A stretch of DNA of 64,000 bases from a bacterium (GCA_965199855.1 OZ241326.1:1056001-1120000); one strand, 5' to 3'. Shown: positions 49,071 to 59,258, counted from the first letter of the stretch. Program-made: numbers and translations. The notes: a model not told the origin generated them from the sequence alone.

Positions 49071-50222
49071 ATGGGCGAGAGCCGATCGGCCGGGGCCGCG
49101 TCTTCCTCTGCGGGTGAAGCCTTTTACCGGAGCGGCGCGTTCTGGACGGCGCGGCAGCGTCAGGCGAACCGCATTCACGAGATAAGCTACCGCGCCTGCT
49201 TCAAGCCGCAGCTGCCCGCCTATTTCATCGAGAGATTCACGGACAGGGGCGACGTGGTTCACGACCCGTTCATGGGGCGCGGAACGACCCCGGTGGAAGC
49301 CGCCCTGCGCGGGCGAATCCCCTACGGCAGCGACATAAACCCCTTGAGCCGCGCGCTCGTCGAGCCGAGAATCAACCCGCCTTCCATCGGGGCGATCGCA
49401 GCCCGGCTGCGCGGCGTTCCCTGGCGGGATTTTCGGGACATCGAGCATGAGGAGCTGCTCGTATTCTATCATCCCGACACGCTTCGGCGGATTGAGGGAT
49501 TGCGCCGCTGGCTGGCGAAGCGGGAAGAAGCGGGCGAACTCGACAAGGCGGATCGGTGGATCAGGATGGCGGCGATAAGCCGGCTGACGGGGCATTCATC
49601 GGGCTTCTTTTCCGTCTATACCATGCCTCCCAATCAGGCGGTAAGTCCGGCGCGCCAGAAAAAGATCAACGAAAGGCGCGGACAAACCCCGCCGTTCCGG
49701 GACGTTCCGCGCCTCATCGCCAAAAAGTCGAAGGTCCTGCTGTCCCAGGAGAGGCCCGAGGCGCGCGAAAGCCTCTTTCTGACCCGTCCTTCTTCCGAAA
49801 CGCCCGAAATACCCGACGCCTCCGTCGCGTTGACGGTAACGTCGCCTCCCTTTTTGAACATCGTCGACTACGCTTCCGACAACTGGCTGCGGTGCTGGTT
49901 TCTGGGGGTTGATCCGGCGGCGATTCCGGTGACGCAGCGCCGCCGCGCGGACGAATGGCAGGGTTTCGTCAGGGGCGCCTTCGTCGAGCTCGCTCGAATC
50001 ACTCGACCGGGCGGGCGCGTCGCCTTCGAGGTAGGGGAGGCGCGCAACGGCGCGCTGCGTTTGGATGACTATGTCCTGAAGGCGGTGGACGGTCTGCCCT
50101 TCGACGCCCTCGGCGTGCTCGTCAATCAGCATGAATTCACCAAGACCTCGAATTGCTGGGGGATTTCCAACAACCAGAAGGGCGTGAACAGCAACCGGGT
50201 TGTTCTGCTGAAGCGGCAATGA
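49071..50222 (+). CDS. Amino-group (N4C/N6A-type) DNA methyltransferase
   Basis: Motif I DPFMGRGTT precedes a motif IV-like TSPPF; also LARITRPGG. Confidence 0.8.
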   Translation: MGESRSAGAASSSAGEAFYRSGAFWTARQRQANRIHEISYRACFKPQLPAYFIERFTDRGDVVHDPFMGRGTTPVEAALRGRIPYGSDINPLSRALVEPRINPPSIGAIAARLRGVPWRDFRDIEHEELLVFYHPDTLRRIEGLRRWLAKREEAGELDKADRWIRMAAISRLTGHSSGFFSVYTMPPNQAVSPARQKKINERRGQTPPFRDVPRLIAKKSKVLLSQERPEARESLFLTRPSSETPEIPDASVALTVTSPPFLNIVDYASDNWLRCWFLGVDPAAIPVTQRRRADEWQGFVRGAFVELARITRPGGRVAFEVGEARNGALRLDDYVLKAVDGLPFDALGVLVNQHEFTKTSNCWGISNNQKGVNSNRVVLLKRQ

Positions 50223-50295
50223 CGGAAAGCGGGCGTGAAAAGAAGCTGGAAGAATTGCCGGCGCGCTGCGCGCATTCGCTGAGGAACGCCTTCCG

Positions 50296-51477
50296 GTGAG
50301 GCCGCCATTGACGAAATCGTCCGCCGTTCCCGTGAGCCAGAAGCATCTGGGCTATGAGGACCGGGTGAATCTGGGCAGCTGCTACACCCCTCCCGCCTGC
50401 GTGAGGCTGGCGTGGGAGATGCTCGCCCCCCGGGTGGATTCGGAGACGGTCATCCTGGACAGCGCGTGCGGATACGGGCGTTTTCTCGAAAGCGCCCGGC
50501 AGCGCGCCGTGATCGGGTGCGACCTGGACGAGGCCGCAGTCGCCGTGGCGAGGCGAAGCGGGGCGCGCGCCAGATTCTTTCAGGCCAACTCCCTGCGCGG
50601 CGTCCGCCGCTCGAAGTTCGGCGTCCCCGAAGGCGCCAGGCTCGCCGTCGTCGGCAATCCTCCCTACAACGACCGCACCTCCCTGATCCGGCGGGGAATC
50701 AAAAGCGCCTCCTTCGACGTGGATGAGGACATCGCCCGCCGGGATCTCGGGCTGTCGTTCCTGCTCTCCTACGACAAGCTGAAGGCCGACCTGGTCTGCG
50801 TCCTGCACCCCCTCTCCTACCTCATCAAGCCCGCCAACTTCAGGCTGCTGGGAAGCTTCGCCGCGAACTACAGGCTGATGGAGGGGCTGCTCATCAGCAG
50901 CGGCGAGTTTCTCGAATCCGCCGGGCTGGCGCCGTTTCCCATCGCAATCGCCCTTTACGCCAGAGACCCCGAAGGCATGGCGCATGACTTCATTCGCGCC
51001 TTTCGCTTCCGAACGGGGGGCGCGGCCCATTTCCGCCTCGATGACTTCGACTACGTCTCCCGCTATATCGACAAGTATCCCCGGCGAAGGAGCCGCGCGC
51101 CGGCGGGCCGGGAGCCTCTGTTCTTCTGGACGATGCGCGACGTCAACGCCTTGCGGAGAAACCGCACTTTCGTGAAAAAGCGCGGCGCCCATACGATCGA
51201 GATAGACGAGGGGAAGCTCGACTACTATGCGTACGTGGACGTTTTCAAGAGAAACCTCCACAGGCTGCCCTTCTATTTCGGCAACTGCGACGTGATGATA
51301 GACGATGAGTCGTTCAGGCGGCATCGGGACTGGTTCATGCTGGACGCCGTGAATCACCATCCGCATCTGAAAGGGCGGGTTCGGACGAATCTCCCCCCGG
51401 ACGCCGGAGAGCCGGAGACGAGGGACAGAATCGACGGGTATTTCCGGCGTCTGCTGGGGGAGCATCATGCGGGTTGA
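50296..51477 (+). CDS. N6-adenine DNA methyltransferase, M.PabI-like
   Basis: NLGSCYTP, LDSACGYG, GNPPYND, LHPLSYLIK; overlaps the R.PabI-like gene; start could be GTG 50332. Confidence 0.8.
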   Translation: MRPPLTKSSAVPVSQKHLGYEDRVNLGSCYTPPACVRLAWEMLAPRVDSETVILDSACGYGRFLESARQRAVIGCDLDEAAVAVARRSGARARFFQANSLRGVRRSKFGVPEGARLAVVGNPPYNDRTSLIRRGIKSASFDVDEDIARRDLGLSFLLSYDKLKADLVCVLHPLSYLIKPANFRLLGSFAANYRLMEGLLISSGEFLESAGLAPFPIAIALYARDPEGMAHDFIRAFRFRTGGAAHFRLDDFDYVSRYIDKYPRRRSRAPAGREPLFFWTMRDVNALRRNRTFVKKRGAHTIEIDEGKLDYYAYVDVFKRNLHRLPFYFGNCDVMIDDESFRRHRDWFMLDAVNHHPHLKGRVRTNLPPDAGEPETRDRIDGYFRRLLGEHHAG

Positions 51478-52246
51478 CGAGCAGAACCGGCGCATCCTCG
51501 TTGATATTCCCCTCACCGACCCGACGGGAAAATTCAGGGTCAAGTCGAGAAGATTCTTTTATGAATACGGCGTTCCCCACGCGGGCAGACAAAAGCCCTT
51601 TACCCGGGAAAACTACGTGGAATGGCAAATCAGTTATGACGTGGAAATGAAAAAACTAAGGGAGAAGCCTCGCCTCACCACCTTGCCCGATAAATTGTTT
51701 CCTGCGAACAACGGCAAGACCAAGGCGTTTTATGAGCTGTCGGAATATCTCTACTACTTCCATACGTGGGGCTGCGTGTCCGACGCGGAGTTAAAGGATA
51801 TGCGGAGGTTTTTATGCGGCCTGGGAGAGGACGATTTGTTGTCGAATCACGGGGACTGCAAAATAAAGCGGACCCATCCCGTTGAAAAGAAAATCAACGA
51901 CACGCGATTTTTCGGAATGACGCTGGAATATCCGCAACTGATTTACAAGTTCGAGGATTATGAAATTATCGTGGAAATCACGATAAGAGAGAAGCAGAGA
52001 GCGATCGGCGTTCAGCCGATGCTCTACCTTTGTTTTCCGATAACCGAACTCAGGACGAGCGACAATCTGATTGGCAGAACGGCGAAAGTAAAAGAACATG
52101 GACAATTCCTTTTGGATGAGGGCAACTACAGTGTCCTCGTCGAAATGGCGAGGATTTTCGGGATGCTCAGCCCCTCCCACAACAGGGACATGATCGCCAT
52201 TCTGGAAGCCGTGGCGGGAGAGGCGCAGGGAGCGCCGCCCCCGTAG
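51467..52246 (+). CDS. R.PabI-family (HALFPIPE) restriction DNA glycosylase
   Basis: IPLT..GKFRVK, YVEWQISYD, KQRAIGVQPMLYLC, FGMLSPSHNRD match the family as I recall it; much lower GC than the host. Confidence 0.82.
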   Translation: MRVDEQNRRILVDIPLTDPTGKFRVKSRRFFYEYGVPHAGRQKPFTRENYVEWQISYDVEMKKLREKPRLTTLPDKLFPANNGKTKAFYELSEYLYYFHTWGCVSDAELKDMRRFLCGLGEDDLLSNHGDCKIKRTHPVEKKINDTRFFGMTLEYPQLIYKFEDYEIIVEITIREKQRAIGVQPMLYLCFPITELRTSDNLIGRTAKVKEHGQFLLDEGNYSVLVEMARIFGMLSPSHNRDMIAILEAVAGEAQGAPPP

Positions 52247-52359
52247 GCGCCGCCCGGGCGCGGGCGGGAGAGGCCGCATCCTGGAGCGCGCCGCCTCGCC
52301 CGTGCTATATTCCCGCCTCCGCGCCGTTCGGCGCGCGGCTTTTTCCGGGGGGCGAACCC

Positions 52360-53307
52360 ATGCGGGCGGTCTTCTTCGGCGCCTCCGAATTCGCCGCGCC
52401 GACGCTCGAGGCGCTGGCGGCCTCCTCCATCGAGATAGCGGCCGTGTTCACGCGGCCGGACAGGCCGGCGGGCAGGGGGCGCAGGCCGACGCCTCCGCCC
52501 GTCAAGGCGCGCGCGCGCGCGGCGGGGCTGCGCGTCCTCCAGCCGGAGAGGGTGCGCGCCGCCGACGTCGAGCGGTTCCGGCCCGACGTGGGCGTCGTCG
52601 CGGCCTACGGCCAGATTCTGGGGGGGAAGCTGCTGGCGGCGCCCCCGCTGGGGGTGGTGAACCTGCACCCCTCGCTTCTTCCGCGCTGGCGGGGCGCCGC
52701 GCCGATCCAGCGCGCCCTGCTCGCGGGAGACGCCGAGACGGGCGTCTGCGTGATGCGCCTGGTTCGCGCGCTCGACGCCGGGCCCGTGCTCGCGCGGCGC
52801 GCTACGCCTATCGGGCCGAGGGAGACCGCGGGCGAGCTTCACGACAGGCTCGCCGTCCTCGGCGCGGAGCGGATGGTGGAGACGCTGATGAGGCTCGAGC
52901 GCGGAGAGACCGAAGAGGAGGCGCAGGACGACTCCCTCGCCACCTACGCGGAGAAGCTCCGAAAAGAGGAGGCCGCCCTCGACTGGCGCCTTCCGGCGCG
53001 CCGTCTCGACCGCCTGATTCGGGGGCTGAACCCCTGGCCGGTGGCCGCGGCGGACTGGCCGGGCGTGGCGAACGGCCCGGTGCGGATATGGCGCGCCTGG
53101 CCGATGCCGGGCGCCTCCGGCGGCGCTCCCGGCGAGATTCTGGGGATTTCGGAATCGCCCGGGGGCGAGGGCGTTCGCGTGGCCGCGGGCGAGGGCGACC
53201 TGGTGATTCTCGAGGCGCAGCCGCCGGGGAAGAAGAGGATGGCGGCGACCGCCTTCGCCAGAGGGTATCCGTGCCGGCCGGGGCTCGCGCTCGGAGGCGG
53301 GGCGTGA
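52360..53307 (+). CDS. fmt: Methionyl-tRNA formyltransferase
   Basis: VFTRPDRPAGRG, AYGQI, NLHPSLLPRWRGAAPIQ, LDAGP. Confidence 0.96.
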   Translation: MRAVFFGASEFAAPTLEALAASSIEIAAVFTRPDRPAGRGRRPTPPPVKARARAAGLRVLQPERVRAADVERFRPDVGVVAAYGQILGGKLLAAPPLGVVNLHPSLLPRWRGAAPIQRALLAGDAETGVCVMRLVRALDAGPVLARRATPIGPRETAGELHDRLAVLGAERMVETLMRLERGETEEEAQDDSLATYAEKLRKEEAALDWRLPARRLDRLIRGLNPWPVAAADWPGVANGPVRIWRAWPMPGASGGAPGEILGISESPGGEGVRVAAGEGDLVILEAQPPGKKRMAATAFARGYPCRPGLALGGGA

Positions 53308-54665
53308 GCCGAAGCGCCGCGCCGTCGGGAAAAAGCGTCCGCTCTCCCCGCCCCGTCCGGCGGGCGGCGCACGCCGCCCTGCTCTCCTTCGGGAGGCGCC
53401 CCGCCGCCGCGGACGCGCTGGTCAGGCGCTTCTCCTCGCCGGGCTTCGACGCGCGCGACCGCGCGTTTCTGCGCGAGCTGATCTTCGGCGTCCTGCGGTG
53501 GCGCAGCCGGCTGGATTACGTTGTCGGCCGCTTTCTCGACAGGCCGGGCCTGCCGCCCCCGGCGCGCGAGGCGCTGCGGCTGGGCGCCTATCAGCTTCTG
53601 TTCATGGACCGGGTTCCCCCGCGCGCGGCGGTGGACGGCGCGGTTTCCCTGCTGGACGGCCGCGATCTGGACTGGGCGAGAGGGCTGGTGAACGCCGTTC
53701 TGCGCAAGGCGGCGGCGTGCGGGGTCTCCCCGCCCCGGGGCCGGGAGGATTATCTCACCCTCTGGGAGTCGCATCCCAGATGGCTGGTGAGGCGCTGGAT
53801 GCGGCGGCTGGGCGCGGACGAGGCGCAGAGGCGCTGCCGGGCGAACAACGAGGAGGCGCCGGTCGTCTTTCGCGCGAACGCGCGGGCCGTGAGTCCCGAA
53901 AGGCTGAGGGAGCGGCTCGACGGCCAGGGCGTCGCCGCGCGCGCCGGGTGCGTCGATCCCGATTGTCTGGTATTCCTTCCCGATGAGAGCGCGCCCGGGG
54001 CGCGCTTCACCGACGCGGCGGCCTGGCGCGAGGGCGCGTTCGTCGTGATGGACGAGGCGTCGAGCCTCGCGGCGCGCCTCGCCGCGCCCGCCCCGGGCGA
54101 GAGGGCGCTGGACGCCTGCGCGGCCCCCGGCGGGAAGACGGCCTGCCTCGCCTGGGCGGTGGGGCCCGAGGGGAGCGTCGCGGCGGGGGACCTGGCGGCC
54201 CGCAGGCTCGCCCGCCTGAAGGCGAACTGCGCCAGGATTCGGGCGGACGCGAGGCTTTTGCGGATGGACGCGGCGAGGCCGCCCTTTCGCCAGGCGTTCG
54301 ACCTCGTGCTCGTGGACGCGCCGTGCAGCGGGCTGGGCGTGCTCAGGCGGCATCCCGACGCGAGGTGGCGCGTGCGGGAGGAGGATCTGGCGGCGCAGGC
54401 GCGCCGGCAGAGGGCCGTTCTGGAGGGCGCGGCCGGGGCGGTGCGCCCGGGGGGGAGGCTGGCGTATTCGGTCTGCTCGAACGAGCCCGAGGAGACCGAG
54501 GAGGTCGTCTCCTCCTTTCGGACGCCCGGCTTCATCCCGCTGCGGGACGGCGGCGCCCTTCCGCAGGGGGCGAGAGGCTTTCTGGGCGCGGACGGGGCGC
54601 TCCGGATCGCGCCGGGAGCGGGGCTGGACGGCTTTTTCGCCATGTCCTGGCGCAAAGAGGGCTGA
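53304..54665 (+). CDS. rsmB: 16S rRNA m5C967 methyltransferase RsmB/Sun
   Basis: NusB-like N-terminus, SHPRWLV, DACAAPGGKT, DAPCSGLG, YSVCS. Confidence 0.92.
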   Translation: MSRSAAPSGKSVRSPRPVRRAAHAALLSFGRRPAAADALVRRFSSPGFDARDRAFLRELIFGVLRWRSRLDYVVGRFLDRPGLPPPAREALRLGAYQLLFMDRVPPRAAVDGAVSLLDGRDLDWARGLVNAVLRKAAACGVSPPRGREDYLTLWESHPRWLVRRWMRRLGADEAQRRCRANNEEAPVVFRANARAVSPERLRERLDGQGVAARAGCVDPDCLVFLPDESAPGARFTDAAAWREGAFVVMDEASSLAARLAAPAPGERALDACAAPGGKTACLAWAVGPEGSVAAGDLAARRLARLKANCARIRADARLLRMDAARPPFRQAFDLVLVDAPCSGLGVLRRHPDARWRVREEDLAAQARRQRAVLEGAAGAVRPGGRLAYSVCSNEPEETEEVVSSFRTPGFIPLRDGGALPQGARGFLGADGALRIAPGAGLDGFFAMSWRKEG

Positions 54666-54671
54666 GCAAAA

Positions 54672-55610
54672 TTGCTGCGCGCGATTGCTAGGGGGATTTT
54701 CCTGACGGCGCTCCTCATCGCGCTGGGCTTCGCCGGGGGCGCCGTGGGCCTCTACGCGTTCCGGGGAGGAGAGGGCGTTTTTCTGCCCCAGGTGGCGGGC
54801 CTCGACGTGGTGCGCGCCCTCGAGCTGCTGGGGGAGAAGGGCATCTCCATCCGGGCGGCCGAGCGCGTGTTCAGCGACGCCGCGCCCGTGAACCACGTCG
54901 TGCGCCAGCACCCTCCCGGCGGACGCCGCATCCGCAAGGGGAGAATCGTGTCGCTCACCCTCAGCAAGGGCTCGCGGGACGTGGCGGTGCCGGCGGTCGT
55001 GGGGGAAAACCTGGTTCGCGCGGAGACGCTCATTCGCCTCAAGGGGCTTCGCGTTCGCCTGGTGGAGCGGCTGTTCGACGCCGCGCGGCCCATCGATCAG
55101 GTCGTGGGCGTCTGGCCCCGGGAGGGCGCGAGCGTCCGGCGCGGCGAGGGCGTGATTCTCGTCGTGAGCCAGGGGGCGCGCGAGCGCGCGTACGTCATGC
55201 CCTCCCTGATTGGGGAGCCCGTCAACAAGGCGCTGGATCGCGTCCGCGCGCTGGGGCTCGCCGCCGGGCGCGTGCGCTACGTGGATCGCCCCGGCTCCCT
55301 GCGGGGGTCGGTCGTCTCGCAGATACCGCCGCGCGGGCAGCGCGTCCTGGCCGGCCATCGCGTTCACGTGGACGTGGCGCGCGGAGGCGATCAGATCGCC
55401 GGCAACTTCATCGTTCTGCGCTACCGCGTCCCGGAGGGAAGGCCGCGGCGCCGGCTCCGCGTGGAGCTGGAATCGAACGGCGAGACGCGCGAGGCGCTCT
55501 CCCGCAGCGCGCGCGCGGGCGAGGAGATTCACCTGCTCGTGCGGGTGGAGGGCAGAGCGAAGGCGAGAATCTTCCTGGACGACCGGCTGGTCGAAGAGCA
55601 GACGCACTGA
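54672..55610 (+). CDS. Membrane-anchored PASTA-domain protein
   Basis: N-terminal TM segment; three units of P.V.G...A...L...V..Q.P..G. Confidence 0.85.
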   Translation: MLRAIARGIFLTALLIALGFAGGAVGLYAFRGGEGVFLPQVAGLDVVRALELLGEKGISIRAAERVFSDAAPVNHVVRQHPPGGRRIRKGRIVSLTLSKGSRDVAVPAVVGENLVRAETLIRLKGLRVRLVERLFDAARPIDQVVGVWPREGASVRRGEGVILVVSQGARERAYVMPSLIGEPVNKALDRVRALGLAAGRVRYVDRPGSLRGSVVSQIPPRGQRVLAGHRVHVDVARGGDQIAGNFIVLRYRVPEGRPRRRLRVELESNGETREALSRSARAGEEIHLLVRVEGRAKARIFLDDRLVEEQTH

Positions 55611-55624
55611 GGGGGAATCGCGGC

Positions 55625-56302
55625 GTGCCCAGGCCCGACATGACGCCCGGAAGGATTCGTGTGGCGCCCTCCCTGCTGTCGTGCGCCTTCGAGCGAATGG
55701 GGGAGGAGATAGCGGCGGTGCGCGAGGCCGGAGCGGACTGGCTGCACTTCGACGTCATGGACGGCCACTTCGTGCCGAACATTTCGGTGGGGCCTCTGGG
55801 CGTCCGGGCGGCGAGAAGGGCCGCGCCCGGCATGACGCTCGACGCGCACCTGATGATTTCGGAGCCTGATCGATACATCGACGCTTTCGCGGAGGCGGGC
55901 GCGGACGTCCTGACGGTTCACGTGGAGGCGCCGAGGCACATCCACCGAACCCTCCAGAGCATACGCGCGTCCGGGGCGGGCGTCGGGCTGGCGCTGAACC
56001 CCGGAACGCCGCTTTCGGAAATAGAGGACTTGCTGCCGGAGGTGGACGTGGCGCTCGTCATGAGCGTCAACCCGGGCTTCGGCGGCCAGGCGTTCATCCC
56101 CGCCTCCCTGGGGCGCATCCGGCGCCTGCGGGAGATGATAGAAGCGCGCGGGCTGTCGGCGCTGATAGAGGTCGACGGCGGCGTCACGCCCCGCAACGCG
56201 GCGGAAATACGCGCGGCGGGCGCGGAGGCGCTCGTGGCCGGCTCCGCCGTGTTCGGCTCGCAAGACTACGCGGAGGCCATACGCGGCATCAGGGGGAAAT
56301 GA
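55625..56302 (+). CDS. rpe: Ribulose-phosphate 3-epimerase
   Basis: HFDVMDGHFVPN, MSVNPGFGGQ, EVDGG. Confidence 0.97.
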   Translation: MPRPDMTPGRIRVAPSLLSCAFERMGEEIAAVREAGADWLHFDVMDGHFVPNISVGPLGVRAARRAAPGMTLDAHLMISEPDRYIDAFAEAGADVLTVHVEAPRHIHRTLQSIRASGAGVGLALNPGTPLSEIEDLLPEVDVALVMSVNPGFGGQAFIPASLGRIRRLREMIEARGLSALIEVDGGVTPRNAAEIRAAGAEALVAGSAVFGSQDYAEAIRGIRGK

Positions 56303-56413
56303 GCGCGCCGTCCCCGGTTGACACCCTCCCTCCAAAATCCTTATATGTTTCGTTTCTCATTCGGCGCGGCGGGCGAAAATTCGGCGCCGCGCGCCGGCCG
56401 GTTGGAGCGTTCG

Positions 56414-57748
56414 ATGTTCGAGGGCTTGAAAGAGCGTCTGGGCGGCGTCTTCCGGGAGCTGAAGAGCCGGGGCGTCCTGGGGGAGGAGCAGGTCGATTCC
56501 GCCCTTCGGGAGATTCGCCTGGCGCTGCTCGAAGCCGACGTGAACTTCAGGGTCGCGAAGGAGTTCGCGGCGAAAATCCGCGAGGATCTGGTCGGCGCGG
56601 AGCGCGCCGCGCATCTCGATCCCTCCCAGCAGGTCGTCAGGGCCGTTCAGGGGCGCCTCGTGGAGCTCATGGGGGCGCGGAGCGCTCCGCTCGCTCGCGC
56701 GGCGCGCGGCGTCACCACCCTGCTGCTGGTCGGACTCCAGGGGTCGGGAAAGACGACGACGGCCGGCAAGCTCGCCCTGAGGCTGAGAAGCGGGGGGCTG
56801 CGCGTTCTTCTGGCGCCGGCGGACGCCGCGCGGCCGGCGGCCGTCGAGCAGCTGGAGAGGCTGGCCGCGCGGGCCGGCGCGGATTCGTTCGACTCCGGGG
56901 GAATGTCGAATCCCGTGGAGATCGTCCGGCTGGCGACCGAGCGCGCCCGGAGCGAGCATTTCGACTACTGCATCGTGGATACCGCGGGCAGGCTGCACGC
57001 CGACGATGAATTGATGGACGAGCTGAAGCGGATGAAGGAGGCGGCGCGGCCGGACGAGACGCTTCTGGTGGCGGACGCCATGACGGGCCAGGAGGCGGTG
57101 AATCTCGGCCGGGCGTTCGCCGGACGCATCGGCATCACGGGCGTCGTGCTGACGAAGCTGGACGGGGACGCCAGGGGCGGCGGCGCCCTTTCGCTCCGCG
57201 CGGCGACGGGCGTGCCCGTCAAGCTGGTCGGCGTGGGCGAGAAGCTCGACGCGCTGGAGGAGTTTCACCCCGAGAGAATGGCCTCGCGCGTTCTGGGCAT
57301 GGGCGACGTCATGTCCCTCATCGAGAAGGCGGAGGCCGCCCTTTCCGCGGACGGCGCGCGGTCGATGGCGGAGTCCATGGGCGGGGGGTCGTTCACCCTG
57401 GAGACGATGAAGGAGCAGATTCTCCAGATGCGGAAGATGGGCTCGGTGGGGGAGGTCATGTCCATGATTCCGGGCCTGGGGGCCAGGATGCCCGACGCGG
57501 ATATCGACGAGGCGGAGCTCTCCCGCGCGGTGGCCATCATCGACTCGATGACGCCCGCCGAGCGGGGGCGGCCCGACATCATCAAGGGCAGCCGCAGGAG
57601 GCGCATCGCCGCCGGCAGCGGAACCCGGGTGCAGGACGTGAACCGCCTCCTCCGGCGGTTCTCTCAGACGCGGAAGCTGATGAAGCGGCTTTCCGGAAGC
57701 GGCGGAAAGAAGCAGATGCGCAGAATGCGCCAGATGATCAACTTTTAA
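56414..57748 (+). CDS. ffh: Signal recognition particle protein Ffh
   Basis: ALLEADVN, GLQGSGKTT, DTAGR, TKLDGDARGG, Met-rich M domain; TTGACA-N17-TTATAT at 56318. Confidence 0.97.
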   Translation: MFEGLKERLGGVFRELKSRGVLGEEQVDSALREIRLALLEADVNFRVAKEFAAKIREDLVGAERAAHLDPSQQVVRAVQGRLVELMGARSAPLARAARGVTTLLLVGLQGSGKTTTAGKLALRLRSGGLRVLLAPADAARPAAVEQLERLAARAGADSFDSGGMSNPVEIVRLATERARSEHFDYCIVDTAGRLHADDELMDELKRMKEAARPDETLLVADAMTGQEAVNLGRAFAGRIGITGVVLTKLDGDARGGGALSLRAATGVPVKLVGVGEKLDALEEFHPERMASRVLGMGDVMSLIEKAEAALSADGARSMAESMGGGSFTLETMKEQILQMRKMGSVGEVMSMIPGLGARMPDADIDEAELSRAVAIIDSMTPAERGRPDIIKGSRRRRIAAGSGTRVQDVNRLLRRFSQTRKLMKRLSGSGGKKQMRRMRQMINF

Positions 57749-57759
57749 GGAGAAAAGCC

Positions 57760-58005
57760 TTGAGCGTAAAGATCAGGCTCGCGCGCGGCGGCATGAAGAA
57801 GGCGCCGCGCTACCGCGTCGTGGTGCAGGATGAGCGGATGCCGCGCGACGGCCGCTTCATCGAGAGCATCGGACGCTACGACCCCTCGCAGGAGCCGGCG
57901 TTCATCGGCATCGACCTGGAGAAGGCCAGGGCCTGGATGGCCAAGGGCGCCATTCCGACCCGGACGGTCAGGAACCTGCTGGACAAGGCGGGCATCAACG
58001 ATTAG
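57760..58005 (+). CDS. rpsP: 30S ribosomal protein S16
   Basis: VKIRLARGG.KKAP.YR, RDGRFIE; TTG start after AAGGAG. Confidence 0.96.
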   Translation: MSVKIRLARGGMKKAPRYRVVVQDERMPRDGRFIESIGRYDPSQEPAFIGIDLEKARAWMAKGAIPTRTVRNLLDKAGIND

Positions 58006-58014
58006 GGACGCCCC

Positions 58015-58521
58015 GTGAGCGGGAAGGTGGCCGTGGGCGTCGCGCTGAGGCCGCACGGCCTCAAGGGCGCCGTGCGGGTGGAGCCCTGGCTCGACGACGT
58101 CGACGCCTACGGGCGGATCGGCGAGGTGGCCTCCGGGGAGGCGCCCGCGAGAAGGTTCGAGGTGGAGTCCTTCCACCGGGGCGGCAAGGGGGCCGTCGTC
58201 TGGAAGTTCGCGGGAATCGACGCCCCCGGGGACGCCGAGGCGCTGCGGGGGATGGTTTTTCTCGCGGACAGGAAGTTTCTGGCCGGCCCCGAGGAGGGGG
58301 TGCTCTATTTCGAGGACTTCGAGGGCCGCGACGTCGTGGACGAGGCGGGGCGCCTCCTGGGCCGCGTGGCGGACATGTTCGGCGCGGGCGGAAGCGACGT
58401 CATCGCCATCCGCACGCCGGGGGGAGGGGAGTTGCTCGTGCCGGCGACGCGCGAGGTCGTGCTGAGGCGCGAGGGCGCGCGCTGGATTTTTCGCCCCCCC
58501 GCGTTCGACGACGAGGATTGA
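58015..58521 (+). CDS. rimM: Ribosome maturation factor RimM
   Basis: PHGLKGAV, AEALRG, ELLVP; synteny. Confidence 0.9.
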   Translation: MSGKVAVGVALRPHGLKGAVRVEPWLDDVDAYGRIGEVASGEAPARRFEVESFHRGGKGAVVWKFAGIDAPGDAEALRGMVFLADRKFLAGPEEGVLYFEDFEGRDVVDEAGRLLGRVADMFGAGGSDVIAIRTPGGGELLVPATREVVLRREGARWIFRPPAFDDED

Positions 58522-58535
58522 GGGGCTTCGCTCTC

Positions 58536-59258
58536 ATGCGCATCGACGTTCTTTCCGTGCTCCCGCGCATGGTGGAGGAGGCGTTTCGGGAGGGCGTCGT
58601 GGGGCGCGCGGCGCGGCGCGGGTTGCTGGAGCTCAAGGTCTGGAGCCTGCGGGACTTCGCCGAGGGCGCATACCGGCAGACCGACGACGCGCCCTTCGGC
58701 GGGGGGGCGGGCATGGTGATGAAGCCGGAGCCCATATTTCGCGGCGTTCAGGCGATTCGGGAGGACGGAGAGGGCGAGCCGCTCAAGGCGCTGCTCACCC
58801 CCCAGGGGCGGCTGTTCGATCAGCGAACCGCCGCGAGGCTCTCCCGGGCTCCCTGGCTGCTCCTCATCTGCGGGCGATACGAGGGCGTGGACGAGCGGGT
58901 GAGCGCGCTGTGCGCGGACGAGGAGATATCGATCGGCGACTACGTGCTCTCGGGAGGGGAGATTCCCGCCATGGCCGTCGTGGACGCCGTGGGGAGGCTC
59001 CTCCCCGGCGTTCTGGGCAACGCGGATTCCGCCGCCCGGGAGAGCTTCGCCGACGGCCTTCTCGATCACCCCCACTACACGCGGCCGGCGGAGTTCGCGG
59101 GCGTCCGGGCGCCGGAGGCGCTCCTGTCGGGCGATCACGAGGCCGTTCGCCTCTGGAGGAGGCGCGAGGCGCTTCTGAGAACGCGGGAGAGGAGGGGGGA
59201 TCTTTTCGAGCGGGCCGAATTGAGCGACGAGGATTCGCGCCTGCTGGAATCTTCCTAG
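58536..59258 (+). CDS. trmD: tRNA (guanine37-N1) methyltransferase
   Basis: DDAPFGGGAGMVM, CGRYEGVDER, SIGDYVLSGGE. Confidence 0.97.
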   Translation: MRIDVLSVLPRMVEEAFREGVVGRAARRGLLELKVWSLRDFAEGAYRQTDDAPFGGGAGMVMKPEPIFRGVQAIREDGEGEPLKALLTPQGRLFDQRTAARLSRAPWLLLICGRYEGVDERVSALCADEEISIGDYVLSGGEIPAMAVVDAVGRLLPGVLGNADSAARESFADGLLDHPHYTRPAEFAGVRAPEALLSGDHEAVRLWRRREALLRTRERRGDLFERAELSDEDSRLLESS

